Part shown: piece after piece, positions 39,107 through 48,978 of the stretch
Layout: each line of letters begins with the position of its first letter
Position numbering within the stretch: the stretch's first letter is position 1
NCBI RefSeq assembly: GCF_002087085.1
Contig: NZ_MWQY01000014.1
Span: 62,001-117,692 of the forward strand
Reading direction: 5' to 3'
DNA length: 55,692 bases
Made by a program: the position numbers and the translations under genes
Notes under the pieces: generated by a model
What the model was told of the DNA's origin: nothing
The model's database searches: none
What the model saw: only the letters and a program-made list of their open reading frames with translations

Positions 39107-40159
39107 CTACACGGACTCCAGGCGGTAGACCAGAACATGTCGGTCTGCAATCAGAATAAGCCTGTTACCTGACCAGACAATCGAGGTTCCCGCACCTGTC
39201 CCGGGAAGCGTCAGATGCCCCCGGTACCGGCTTTCACTGCCCAGAAGCGTAATATACCCATCCGCCTCTTCACGACTCAATACAGCCAGCAGATCCGATC
39301 CGGGATGCCCTGCCACGGCGAGCAGCCGTCCGGGAAGGCTGAAATTCCTCCTCCGCAGATTTGACCGGTCAAGCACAAGAAGCCCATTTTCCTGTTCAAT
39401 GGCGAATCGGCCTGAATGCAGGTCTGTTATACTAATGTTCCTTCTGAGTTCAGATTCGAGGGGAAAAGAGTCTATATTGTTCAGTTCGCCCTTCAGCTCT
39501 TCCAGAAGGTAGGCTGTCTGGGGATCTATACCGGCTACAACCACAGAGGCCTCCGCCGAAGCGTCCATGGCCGCACCGTAGGCGACCTTTATCCGGCCCT
39601 CCGGAGGTTCAAACCGGAAGATGATGCTGCCGTTCTGATCGAGAAACAGGAAAGTCCCGTTCAAGAGACCGACCAGGGTACGGTTTCCCGATGCCACACA
39701 GGTCGTCACGAGGGACGGAAAGGCGATACTCCACAGCTGCTCGCCCTCGGGGGTATACTCTCCAAGACGAAGGCGGTCCGTGGAAATCACGAGAAGACGA
39801 TCATCAAGAAAAAAGGGGTACCCCCGGGTTTCAATCACAGCCCGGATATCCCCTTCCCGGTTTCGCAATACAAGCTGTGTGGAGACTGAATCGTAGTTAA
39901 TTAAAGCTTCAGCAGAAACCGCAGCTCCGTAGCGGACTTTCTCGGTATACAGAGGCCGACCTTCGGGATCGAGAAATCCTGCATATCCTGAAGCGACAAA
40001 AGGGATGGTCCCGTCGACCGCCTGAGGCGCCGTTGAGACATCCAGATCAAATATCGCCTGAGGGGTGAGTGTCAGAGCTGAAGAGAGTTCTCTGGGGAAA
40101 AAAATCAGATATCCGAGAACAGCCAGAAAAGCCAGCAGGAGACGGTAACGTCGCTTCAT
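39107..40159 (-). CDS. Membrane-anchored beta-propeller-like hypothetical protein
   Basis: N-terminal hydrophobic anchor; repeated PQQ/BamB-like strands (LDPEGRPL, TPEGEQLWS, LDQNGSIIF). Confidence 0.65.
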   Translation of the reverse strand: MKRRYRLLLAFLAVLGYLIFFPRELSSALTLTPQAIFDLDVSTAPQAVDGTIPFVASGYAGFLDPEGRPLYTEKVRYGAAVSAEALINYDSVSTQLVLRNREGDIRAVIETRGYPFFLDDRLLVISTDRLRLGEYTPEGEQLWSIAFPSLVTTCVASGNRTLVGLLNGTFLFLDQNGSIIFRFEPPEGRIKVAYGAAMDASAEASVVVAGIDPQTAYLLEELKGELNNIDSFPLESELRRNISITDLHSGRFAIEQENGLLVLDRSNLRRRNFSLPGRLLAVAGHPGSDLLAVLSREEADGYITLLGSESRYRGHLTLPGTGAGTSIVWSGNRLILIADRHVLVYRLESV

Positions 40160-40171
40160 AATCTACGGGAC

Positions 40172-40200
40172 ATCCTACTTACTTGCGCTGATACTGTCAA
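40172..40200 (-). promoter_or_regulatory. Sigma70 promoter, near-leaderless, for the propeller-M23-methyltransferase unit
   Basis: TTGACA-N17-TAGGAT; -10 box 12 nt from the ATG, no SD sequence. Confidence 0.65.
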
Positions 40201-40212
40201 CGAAGGTCTGAG

Positions 40213-41016
40213 TCAGCCTTTCCGTTTCGCCTGATCCACCCGTTTAGAGTCGGATTCCATTTTAGCCCGCCAGACATCCATCTTTTTCCGTATGACCTCG
40301 CTCTCTTCCACCTCTCCCAGAAGGATGTGAATACGGCGCAGGGCGGCAAGATAATTAATGGCAAGCTTGAAATCATCAATACGGGATGTGGAGAGTTCGT
40401 ATTTTTCGCGATACCTGTTGGCGGATTGTTCAAGGAGCTGCTTGGTAAGACGCAGGTGGGCGCTTCTTTCGCTGTAAAAATCAGCCCGGGGATCCAGTCC
40501 GGCGGTCAGCTGCTTAAGATCCAGCAGATTTTTTACGATTGTGGCGTAGCGTCCTTCAATTTCGACAAAGGACCATTTCCACTTTGAATTTGCCCCGAAA
40601 CCGTCTTCCACCGCATTGATGGAAAACCCGAGTTTTCTGATAAGCTCCCAGCGTTTTCCCTCGTCGAAGCTTTCAATCTTCTGAAGAAACTCCTCGTAAT
40701 CGGAAAACGGGGCATCGATCTGACCTGAAACAGCATCTTCCAGATAGATGATCGCCTTATAGCAGCCCTTCCTGGCATCGTTCAGATAGGCTTCGTTCTT
40801 GACCCCAAGCAGGGAGAGGGAAAGGGCATTCATAAGCACGTAATAAGAGACCAGGTTGAGGACCTCATCGGCAAGAACAAGTTTATTCAGATTCGCGGTA
40901 TCCCCTTCAACGGCGGCAAGCTCTTTTTCACGTTTCTGGATAGTCTCGACGGCTGCCTTGTATTCGGCGATCTTGTTTATATAGCGTCTTTTGGCCTCTT
41001 CGCTTATCTTACCCAC
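40213..41016 (-). CDS. Hypothetical alpha-helical protein
   Basis: 267-aa ORF, GGAGA RBS, GTG start overlapping the recN end. Confidence 0.8.
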   Translation of the reverse strand: MGKISEEAKRRYINKIAEYKAAVETIQKREKELAAVEGDTANLNKLVLADEVLNLVSYYVLMNALSLSLLGVKNEAYLNDARKGCYKAIIYLEDAVSGQIDAPFSDYEEFLQKIESFDEGKRWELIRKLGFSINAVEDGFGANSKWKWSFVEIEGRYATIVKNLLDLKQLTAGLDPRADFYSERSAHLRLTKQLLEQSANRYREKYELSTSRIDDFKLAINYLAALRRIHILLGEVEESEVIRKKMDVWRAKMESDSKRVDQAKRKG

Positions 41017-42724
41017 TCTCCGACCTCTTGAGCCCCGCCTTGGGCGGATATTTTCCGATTAGTTCGCGGGCGTGGCTGATAGAGGCGGCTCCCACGGGAT
41101 CACCGGACAGCATTCTGGCTATTTCGGTCACCCGTTCATCTTCGCTCAGGCTTCGTGTATGCGTGATAGTGCGTCCGTCCTCGATCTCTTTCGTCACCAC
41201 AATATGATTATCGGCACGAACGGCCACAGATGCAAGATGTGTTATGCAAAGTATTTGTTTTCGTTCAGCCAGCAGGGAAAGCTGTTCTCCCAGGGCGAGC
41301 CCCACTTCTCCTCCGATGCCTGTGTCGATTTCATCGAAGATAAGCGAGTCGATCTGGTCAGCCTCGGACAGAACCGTTTTTATTGCCAGCATGAGACGGG
41401 AGAGTTCTCCTCCGGAAGCGATGGTTCTGAGGGGCTTAAGGGGCTCCCCCTGATTCGGAGCAATGAGAAACTCAACCTGGTCGGTACCGGAAGGTCCGCA
41501 TACTGTCTTTCCGTTCTCCCCGGTCCTCGGCTCTACCTGTACGGAGAATACCGCCTTCTGCATTCCCAGGGGACGTATTCTCTCTTCCACGGCGGCCTTG
41601 AGATTCCCGGCAACCTGCCTGCGGGATTCGCTCACCGACCGGGCAATCTGTCCGATCTTGCGATTAAGCTCTGACAGCTGCTGTTCCATCTCCTCCTTTC
41701 TCTCCTGCCAGGAATCGATGGAGTTGATTTTTGCCGCGGAGTCCTCACGGTACTGAAGGACCTCCTCGATACTGTCGCCGTATTTTTTCTCCAGTCTGCG
41801 GATCTGCATGAGGCGCTGCTCGATTTCATCCAGGCGGCCGGGTGAAAACTGAACTTCGTCATTATAGGCCCGGACAGATTCGATTATGTCCTCCATTTCG
41901 AGAAAAGCCGATTCGAAGCGGCCCAGGAGGGGTTCCAGCTTCTGAACAATACCGGTCAGAAAACTCAGCTCATCCCTGGCTTTTCTTAGGTAAGCGATGG
42001 CCCCTCCCCGGCTTTCACTGGAAAGGCGGGAAAACTCCTCGAGATGGGAATATATCTTTTCCGCCTGGGAGATTATTTCGAGCTCTTCCTGAAGGGACTC
42101 TTCTTCTCCCGGCTTGAGATGGGCGGCGTCAATTTCCTCGATTGCATGATTCAGGAAATCGAGCTCCCGCAGCTGTTCACGCTCCGCCTGATTCATGGAG
42201 TCGTATTCCCTGCGCAGCCTGGTTAATTCGCTGAAGTTGGAGGCCAGCTGTGAAACCTGATTTTCGATACCGGCGAAGGAGTCCAGGAGCTTCCGGTGCT
42301 GATCAACCTGGAGCAGTGACTGGTGTTCATGCTGACCGTGCATGTCAAAAAGCAGGGAGGTGAACTCCTGAAGCGTTGCCCGGGGAATCTGGCTGTCCTG
42401 CAGAAAAACACTTCCCCGTCCGTTTCGGCGAATGACCCTGCGCACTATGACGGTCCCCTCTTCGGGTACGATATCGTGTTCAGAAAGCCATGCCAGGGCA
42501 TCGGGATTATGATCCACCAGGAGAACCCCGGAGATTCTTGCCTCGTCGGCGTGGCTGCGGATTACACCCGTATCCGCCTTGTCCCCGAGAATTGCTCCCA
42601 GCGCCCCGACAATTATCGATTTTCCCGCACCGGTCTCTCCGGTAAGGATGTTCAGCCCCCGGGAAAATCGGATATTGATGGAATCTATAAGGGCGAAGTT
42701 CTCGATCCTCAGTTCCTCAAGCAT
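41009..42724 (-). CDS. recN: DNA repair protein RecN
   Basis: GETGAGKS, HGQHEHQ, SGGELSR, FDEIDTG. Confidence 0.97.
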   Translation of the reverse strand: MLEELRIENFALIDSINIRFSRGLNILTGETGAGKSIIVGALGAILGDKADTGVIRSHADEARISGVLLVDHNPDALAWLSEHDIVPEEGTVIVRRVIRRNGRGSVFLQDSQIPRATLQEFTSLLFDMHGQHEHQSLLQVDQHRKLLDSFAGIENQVSQLASNFSELTRLRREYDSMNQAEREQLRELDFLNHAIEEIDAAHLKPGEEESLQEELEIISQAEKIYSHLEEFSRLSSESRGGAIAYLRKARDELSFLTGIVQKLEPLLGRFESAFLEMEDIIESVRAYNDEVQFSPGRLDEIEQRLMQIRRLEKKYGDSIEEVLQYREDSAAKINSIDSWQERKEEMEQQLSELNRKIGQIARSVSESRRQVAGNLKAAVEERIRPLGMQKAVFSVQVEPRTGENGKTVCGPSGTDQVEFLIAPNQGEPLKPLRTIASGGELSRLMLAIKTVLSEADQIDSLIFDEIDTGIGGEVGLALGEQLSLLAERKQILCITHLASVAVRADNHIVVTKEIEDGRTITHTRSLSEDERVTEIARMLSGDPVGAASISHARELIGKYPPKAGLKRSESG

Positions 42725-43589
42725 CGGGGCCTCCCGACCAGTTGAGCTTGGTCCGCAGAACCTCGTAAAAGTTTCGTTTATCCGAACGGATCAGAGAGAC
42801 CTTGCGGGAGGAGCGACGGATATGCAGCTTGTCTTCCGGTTCCAGGGGGAAGACTATCTGTCCATCCATGGTCAGGATTATCCTGGTACGCTGATCTTTT
42901 TCCACCAGAATGGTTATGCATCTGTCACCGTTGACAACAATGGTCCTGTTGGAAAGGGTAAAAGGGCAGATAGGATTCAATACCAGGGCTTCCATTTCCG
43001 GATCGAGGATCGGGCCGCCCGCCGCGGCGCTGTAGGCGGTGGATCCCGTCGGGGTGGAGACGATGATTCCATCCGCCCGGTATTTTCCCACCGGGGTATC
43101 GGAAATATCAACCGAAAGACGAACAACCTTGGATATCCCGTCGGAGGCCACAACGGCGTCGTTCAGGCCTTCGAATTCCCGAACGATCTCTCCCCTGCGC
43201 TCCACGGAGACGTTGACCAGGACCCGCTCGCTCAGGCCCAGGATCCCGGAACGATACTTCTCAAAGGCCTCTTTCCACTCATCCAGGGTAACCTCGGTAA
43301 TGAAACCAAGACTGCCAATGTTGACCGCCAGAATAGGGACGTTGAGACCCGCCAGGGCCCTGGCGGTGTACAGCACAGTACCGTCGCCTCCCAGGGAAAA
43401 GACGATATCCGCGGCGTTCTCTTCGGAAAAACTTGATATATCCGGTTTGCCGGTGATACGGTTGACGGTATAGAAGATCCTGTGCTCCTGAAGATAGCTT
43501 CCGATATCGGAGATAAGAGACTCCGCCTTCTCCTTAAGGCAGTTCGCAACAAGCAGGGCACGCTTTACTTCTCTTTGCATTGACTCCAA
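42717..43589 (-). CDS. nadK: NAD kinase
   Basis: LGGDGT, LND, DGIIVSTPTGSTAYSAAAGGP. Confidence 0.96.
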   Translation of the reverse strand: MESMQREVKRALLVANCLKEKAESLISDIGSYLQEHRIFYTVNRITGKPDISSFSEENAADIVFSLGGDGTVLYTARALAGLNVPILAVNIGSLGFITEVTLDEWKEAFEKYRSGILGLSERVLVNVSVERRGEIVREFEGLNDAVVASDGISKVVRLSVDISDTPVGKYRADGIIVSTPTGSTAYSAAAGGPILDPEMEALVLNPICPFTLSNRTIVVNGDRCITILVEKDQRTRIILTMDGQIVFPLEPEDKLHIRRSSRKVSLIRSDKRNFYEVLRTKLNWSGGPDA

Positions 43590-43602
43590 GTCTACACCTT
43601 TT

Positions 43603-44622
43603 TTACGGCAAAGTGGATAATATTCTGACCAGCAATTCCGTGTTTTTCCGACCCATGGATGGGTACAGGGGAAAAAGAATGGTCCGTAAAGCCAGACTGG
43701 CAGCTACGGGGCAGTCGATTTCCTCCGACTGAAGCCTGGCATAGGGGGTGGAAGCAAAGGCGTTTTCCGTCTGGACACCGTTTCTCAGAGCATACTGCCG
43801 GACCTCATTCATCCCTGTATCGATGACCACCGGAAAAGCCGTGGGAACCACGCTTTTTTCGCTGTCCGGGGAGAAGCCGTGGTGTTTGGATTTCATCAGG
43901 GCCTGGGATAGAACTTCGTATATTTCACTTCGCTGCTGATGCATGCTCTCGATGTTCTGCATCTGGGCAAGGCCCAGAGCAGCATTTATGTCGGGCATGC
44001 GCGTTTCGGTCGGAAGTTCGTCCTCCAGAGGCTTCAAAAGGCGGCGGTATTTCATGCTTCCAGGCAGGATGACGGCCCCTCCGCCGGTTGTAATGGGATC
44101 CATGTATTCTGTACGGATCATCGTAAAGGCCGCTGCCCCCTGCTCGTCTTCCTCCGGAGCGGCTACCACGGATGTAAGGTCCTCAATAAGCGGCGTGCCC
44201 TGCTCGCGGAGGATCTCCGTATCCGGCCGGATGCCGAAGGGGGAATGAATTATCCAGGCGGCGGGATTCTGCTCCACAGTCCTCCGTACCCCTTCCGGGG
44301 ATATGCAGGCAGAGGACTCATCCACATCGATAAAAAGGGGCTGCAGACCCAGGTTTTCCAGGGCATCAAGATAATAGAGGGGAGAAAGTGCGCTGACTGC
44401 CACACTCGCCCCCTGGGGAAGATCCAGGCTCCGCAATGCGAGGCCGAGAGCCTCGGTGGGGGAACGCAGGGCAAGCCCGAGCTTTTTGTCGAGATACCTG
44501 GAAAGCTCCTTGCTGAATTGTTCCGCAAGGCTTCCGGGCCCGATTTCATCACTGACCATACACGTTAAAACCGCGTCCATGTCCCGACGCTTCAAGGTAG
44601 GCTTATAAACTGGGATTGACAT
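43603..44622 (-). CDS. DegT/DnrJ/EryC1/StrS-fold protein with degenerate active site
   Basis: Family-like layout (PLFIDVD, PLIED, MPDINAALGLAQM, LFPLYPSM) but PLP lysine motif reads TEYMDPITTGGG. Confidence 0.75.
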   Translation of the reverse strand: MSIPVYKPTLKRRDMDAVLTCMVSDEIGPGSLAEQFSKELSRYLDKKLGLALRSPTEALGLALRSLDLPQGASVAVSALSPLYYLDALENLGLQPLFIDVDESSACISPEGVRRTVEQNPAAWIIHSPFGIRPDTEILREQGTPLIEDLTSVVAAPEEDEQGAAAFTMIRTEYMDPITTGGGAVILPGSMKYRRLLKPLEDELPTETRMPDINAALGLAQMQNIESMHQQRSEIYEVLSQALMKSKHHGFSPDSEKSVVPTAFPVVIDTGMNEVRQYALRNGVQTENAFASTPYARLQSEEIDCPVAASLALRTILFPLYPSMGRKNTELLVRILSTLP

Positions 44623-44631
44623 ACTGTATTC

Positions 44632-45111
44632 TTATCTTTTTCCGATTTTTCCGAGCTGCTGCAGCTCTTTTGGATCGAAAATCCTTCTTATATCAAGAAT
44701 AATCAGATACCCCGTCTCTTCGGATGTTACTCCCTGAATATACTCGGCGCCGATACCGGATATCATTTGCGGCGGGGGCTGTACTTTACTGCTGTCAATA
44801 CTTATGACCCGGGAGACCTTGTCGATGAAGACTCCCAGCTGCATGCCATCGAGGTTAAGAATGAGAAATCCGGAAAGCAGCTTGTCTTCTTCGCTCAGAA
44901 CAGCCCGACGAAGATGAAAACGCTTGTGCAGGTTGATAATCGGAATTATCTGGCCCCGAAGGTTGAAAATTCCTTCAACATAGTTCGGCGCATTCGGTAT
45001 GGACCGCACCTCCTGGACCTTCTGGATCTCGTTGACCTGCATAATATCGATGCCATAGACCTCATCGCCTAGCTGAAAGGTAACCAGTTGTAACTGTTTT
45101 TCGTCTGCCAT
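44632..45111 (-). CDS. cheW: Chemotaxis coupling protein CheW
   Basis: YGIDIMQVNEI, IPNAPNYVEGIFNLRGQIIPIINL. Confidence 0.96.
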   Translation of the reverse strand: MADEKQLQLVTFQLGDEVYGIDIMQVNEIQKVQEVRSIPNAPNYVEGIFNLRGQIIPIINLHKRFHLRRAVLSEEDKLLSGFLILNLDGMQLGVFIDKVSRVISIDSSKVQPPPQMISGIGAEYIQGVTSEETGYLIILDIRRIFDPKELQQLGKIGKR

Positions 45112-45130
45112 CCTAAAACCTCTTGGTAGT

Positions 45131-45159
45131 AGAATAATTTATGAATCAATGTTTTGCAA
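45131..45159 (-). promoter_or_regulatory. Sigma70 promoter for cheW-DegT-nadK-recN
   Basis: TTGCAA-N17-TATTCT. Confidence 0.6.
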
Positions 45160-45182
45160 TACGGTTTTCAACTTAGCAGTAC

Positions 45183-45228
45183 GCAGAGAGCCGGGAGGGC
45201 CCCTGGAGGGCAGAATCCCGGTTTCTGC
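45183..45228 (-). terminator. GC-rich stem-loop downstream of the ABC operon
   Basis: GCAGAGAGCCGGGA...TCCCGGTTTCTGC with inner GCCC/GGGC; no U-tract. Confidence 0.4.
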
Positions 45229-45250
45229 AGATTACAGCCGGTCGGCCTGG

Positions 45251-46285
45251 TCAGATGCTTCGTTTTCGTCTTATTGCAGCGAATACACTCTGGAGAACGA
45301 TAAAAAAGCACAGCAGAGCGGAAAGTACAATCTTGTTCCACCAGGAGGATAAAGTCCCGTTACAGCGTATATAGGTCTCTATAACAGCCTTGATCAATAC
45401 TCCGAAAAAGCTTCCGATAACCGTTCCCACCCCTCCGGAGAGCAGGGTGCCTCCGATTACCGTTGAAGCTATTACTTCGATCTCGAAGCCCCTGGCCTGC
45501 TCCACAAAGCCGCTGGTGGTATTCAGGCAGAAGACAAATCCCGCCAGAGAAGCGAGAAACCCGTTCAGAATATAGGCAAGCATCTTTGTGCGCCGGACAT
45601 TCACGCCCATCAACAGAGCAGACCGCTCATTCCCGCCGATGGCAAACAGGGAGCGGCCGAACTTTGTATATTTCACAATGTACCAGACAACCACCAGTGC
45701 GCACAGAGCGATAATTACGCTGGGATGAACAAAGGGAAAGAGCTTGATTCCCCTCTTGTTCACCGTGGCTCCGAAAAAGAGATAGATATTCCTGGTCGCC
45801 ATATTCAGAAAGGTTTCATTATCCGTAATGGCTATCTGGTCTACACTGATAACCGCGGTGAGGCCCCTGCAGAAAAAGAGGCCTGCAAGGGTGACAATAA
45901 AGGGCTGCAGCCGCATATACGCAATCAGCCAGCCCTGCACGGTACCGAATACCAGACCGAAAAGCAGTACTACGGCGATGGAAGCATAGGCATTCATCCC
46001 CATAACCTGCATCATATAAGCCAGCATCATGCAGACAAGGCCGATGACAGAACCGACGGAGATATCGATACCCCCGGTTATAACAACCGCGGTCATTCCT
46101 GCCGCGGCTATTATGAGCCCTGCGTTGTCAATGAGCATATTCATAAAGGTCTGCATATTACCGAAACCCTGGGCACTGTAGACCATTACCCCGCCGGCGT
46201 ACATAATCAGGAACATTATGATTGTGATGAACAACAGAAAACCGGTACCGGCCATCTTCTCCTTGATGTAATTGCCGATTTTCAT
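45251..46285 (-). CDS. yjfF: Sugar ABC permease, YjfF-like
   Basis: GGIDISVGS, TKFGRSLFAIGGNE, IGGTLLSGGVG, LSSWW. Confidence 0.85.
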   Translation of the reverse strand: MKIGNYIKEKMAGTGFLLFITIIMFLIMYAGGVMVYSAQGFGNMQTFMNMLIDNAGLIIAAAGMTAVVITGGIDISVGSVIGLVCMMLAYMMQVMGMNAYASIAVVLLFGLVFGTVQGWLIAYMRLQPFIVTLAGLFFCRGLTAVISVDQIAITDNETFLNMATRNIYLFFGATVNKRGIKLFPFVHPSVIIALCALVVVWYIVKYTKFGRSLFAIGGNERSALLMGVNVRRTKMLAYILNGFLASLAGFVFCLNTTSGFVEQARGFEIEVIASTVIGGTLLSGGVGTVIGSFFGVLIKAVIETYIRCNGTLSSWWNKIVLSALLCFFIVLQSVFAAIRRKRSI

Positions 46286-47367
46286 TGCAGCACCGCCTTT
46301 GGAGCTTCTGATTTCTGCCTGAAGTTTCGTATCCAGCGCTTCAGTTCCTCTGACTGCATGGATACAATCAGCACAACAACGATTGCCTTGTATACCGGAA
46401 GCTGGTCAGCCGTTATTCCCATGGCGTACAGACTCGTCGTCAGTGCCTGAATCGTAACTGCGCCGATCACCGCTCCAAGCAGGCTGAATTTTCCCCCCGA
46501 CAGGCTGTTTCCCCCAAGGGCAACCGCGAGGATCGCATCCAGCTCCATGTAGAGGCCGATATTGTTTGCGTCGCTTGAATAGATCCGGCTGGAGGTAACC
46601 ACGCCGGAAATAGCCGCGGTAAACCCGCATATGAGATAACACATGAAAATGATCATCTGAGAGTTGATACCCACCAGGCGCCCGGCCCTGCTGTTGATGC
46701 CGACGGTTTTAACATAGAGCCCCAGGGCAGTACGGGTCAGAATAAAATAGGCGATAATCACCACCCCCAGGGCAATGAATACCGGCGTGGGAACCACCAC
46801 TCCGGGTAAAAAGCCGCCGATAGCCTTGAAGGATTCCATGCGCACGTACAGAATCTGCCCGGGAACCATTTTTCCGCCGATCTCCCTGGCGCTTATGAGC
46901 TGGGCGATTCCCCGGCCTGCGGTAAATAATATAAGAGTGGCAACCATGGCCTGTATTTTCAACCGGGATACAAGGAATCCGTTGAAGGCTCCGCAGGCCA
47001 TCCCGGCCAGAAGGGCAAGGCCGATGCTGAGAAACATTGGTGTGGCGTAGGCATCATAGCTTGCCCCCAGCAGGCGAACGCATACCGCAGCCGCCACCGC
47101 ACCGACAGCCCCCACAGAAATATCGATCCCCCCGGTGGCAATTACCAGGGTCATGCCGACGGCAAGTATGATGAGCTCGCTGGCACGGTTGATAATATCG
47201 ATTATGTACCCGTAAAGTACGCCATTCTGAATGGAGATATTAAAAAACGTGGGGGTCTCGATGATGTTGATTATCAGAACGAGACAGAGAGCAAATATGG
47301 GTAAAAACAGCTGCTTTTTAGAAAGTGCAAGCGCTGCGTTCTTCAGCTTTCGTAATTCAGGATTCAT
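46282..47367 (-). CDS. ytfT: Sugar ABC permease, YtfT-like
   Basis: MTLVIATGGIDISVGAV, SSDANNIGLYMELDAILAVALGG. Confidence 0.85.
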   Translation of the reverse strand: MNPELRKLKNAALALSKKQLFLPIFALCLVLIINIIETPTFFNISIQNGVLYGYIIDIINRASELIILAVGMTLVIATGGIDISVGAVGAVAAAVCVRLLGASYDAYATPMFLSIGLALLAGMACGAFNGFLVSRLKIQAMVATLILFTAGRGIAQLISAREIGGKMVPGQILYVRMESFKAIGGFLPGVVVPTPVFIALGVVIIAYFILTRTALGLYVKTVGINSRAGRLVGINSQMIIFMCYLICGFTAAISGVVTSSRIYSSDANNIGLYMELDAILAVALGGNSLSGGKFSLLGAVIGAVTIQALTTSLYAMGITADQLPVYKAIVVVLIVSMQSEELKRWIRNFRQKSEAPKAVLQ

Positions 47368-48892
47368 GGGTCTGAGCTCCTCCGGCAATGGCCGTCATAA
47401 CGTCATGCTGGGTAATATCATCGTTGTTCAGCTCTCCGACTTTCTGCCTGTCGCACAGAATACAAAGCCGGTTAACGGTCCGCAGCATTTCTTCTATCTC
47501 CGAGCTGATAAAGAGCACGGTAACCCCCTGTTTCGCCAGATCAATAATCAGCTTCTGGATCTCCGTCTTGGTACCAACGTCAATACCGCGGGTAGGCTCA
47601 TCGAGGATCAGAAATTCCGGATTCGTGATAAGCCATCTGCCGAGGATTACCTTCTGCTGGTTCCCGCCGGAGAGCTGCTTTACCAGTGTTTCCGGCGATG
47701 GTGTCTTTATCTGAAGGAGCTCGATGTACTTCTCCGCCAGTTCATTCTGTTTTGCTTCCGGCAGAAGTTTCAGGATCCCGGTCTTGGCCTGCAGGGCTAT
47801 CAGCAGGTTTTCCCGAACCGAGAGATCTTCTAGAATTCCCTCCTCCTTGCGGTCTTCCGGCAAAAAGGCCATTCCCAGTTTCATTGAATCGATGGGAGCC
47901 CTGGTGCGCACCGGGGTCTCCCTGACAAGGAGTTCCCCCCTGTCCGGTTTCTCGGCACAGTAGAGCAGCCGCGCCAGTTCGGATCTTCCCGAACCCAGCA
48001 GACCGGCGAGGCCTATGACCTCTCCCTTCTTGATAATCAGGTTAAAGGGGTCGATCATTCCGGCCCTGGTCAGATCCCTGGCCCTGACCATTATTGACTC
48101 GGTACTGCCGGAATCGGAATCAGCCTTGACACTTTTTATCTCTGCCAGATCGTCAAATTCACGCCCCAGCATCCGGGCAACGAGCTGAACCTTCGGAAGT
48201 TCCGCGACACGGTAGGTTCCGACCAGTGCCCCGTTTCTCAGTACAGTTATTGAATCGCAGATCTCATAGACCTGTTCAAGAAAGTGGGTGACAAAGATGA
48301 TACCAACTCCCTGCTTTTTGAGGTTTCTCATGACCTCGAACAGGGTTTTTACCTCGCTTTCATCAAGAGAACTGGTAGGTTCATCGAGGATCAGGGCCCG
48401 GCAGTTGATATCGATCGCCCTGGCAATAGCCACCATCTGCTGAATGGCCACTGAATACTCTCCCAGGGGTTTGGATACATCGATGTTCAGACCGACTTCC
48501 TTGAGAGCCTGGCGGGCCATGGCCTCCATTGTCTTCCATTTAATGCCCCCGAAAAGATTCAGCGGCTGCCGTTCGAGAAACATGTTCTCTGCAACGGAGA
48601 TATTCGGGCAAAGGTTGACCTCCTGGTACACCGTGCTGATTCCATTTCGCTGGGCTTCCTCGGGAGAATGGTTCACCACAGGGCCGTCCTGCCCCTGCAC
48701 CCGGATTTCTCCGGCATCCATCTCATAAACCCCGGTCAGTACCTTAATCAGGGTGCTTTTTCCAGCACCGTTTTCCCCCATAAGGGCATGGATTTCGCCG
48801 CTTTTCAAAGAAAAATCCACGTTTTTCAGTGCCTGTACCCCGGGAAATGTCTTATCTATATGACGCATGGTCAAAATACTGTTATCTTCCAT
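47357..48892 (-). CDS. ytfR: Sugar ABC ATPase (two-domain), YtfR-like
   Basis: GENGAGKS, LDEPTSSLD, LSGGNQQKV, LDEPTRGIDVG. Confidence 0.9.
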   Translation of the reverse strand: MEDNSILTMRHIDKTFPGVQALKNVDFSLKSGEIHALMGENGAGKSTLIKVLTGVYEMDAGEIRVQGQDGPVVNHSPEEAQRNGISTVYQEVNLCPNISVAENMFLERQPLNLFGGIKWKTMEAMARQALKEVGLNIDVSKPLGEYSVAIQQMVAIARAIDINCRALILDEPTSSLDESEVKTLFEVMRNLKKQGVGIIFVTHFLEQVYEICDSITVLRNGALVGTYRVAELPKVQLVARMLGREFDDLAEIKSVKADSDSGSTESIMVRARDLTRAGMIDPFNLIIKKGEVIGLAGLLGSGRSELARLLYCAEKPDRGELLVRETPVRTRAPIDSMKLGMAFLPEDRKEEGILEDLSVRENLLIALQAKTGILKLLPEAKQNELAEKYIELLQIKTPSPETLVKQLSGGNQQKVILGRWLITNPEFLILDEPTRGIDVGTKTEIQKLIIDLAKQGVTVLFISSEIEEMLRTVNRLCILCDRQKVGELNNDDITQHDVMTAIAGGAQTHES

Positions 48893-48926
48893 CCCTTTCC
48901 CTTCTTCCGGCTTGGTCGGGTCCAAT

Positions 48927-48963
48927 AAAAAAAGGCAGGGATGCAAAGCACCCCATACCTTTT
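48927..48963 (-). terminator. Stem-loop plus U-tract after the binding-protein gene
   Basis: Minus strand AAAAGGTATGGGGTGC-TTT-GCATCCCTGCCTTTTTTT. Confidence 0.65.
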
Positions 48964-48978
48964 CACTTTTTTTGCAGA

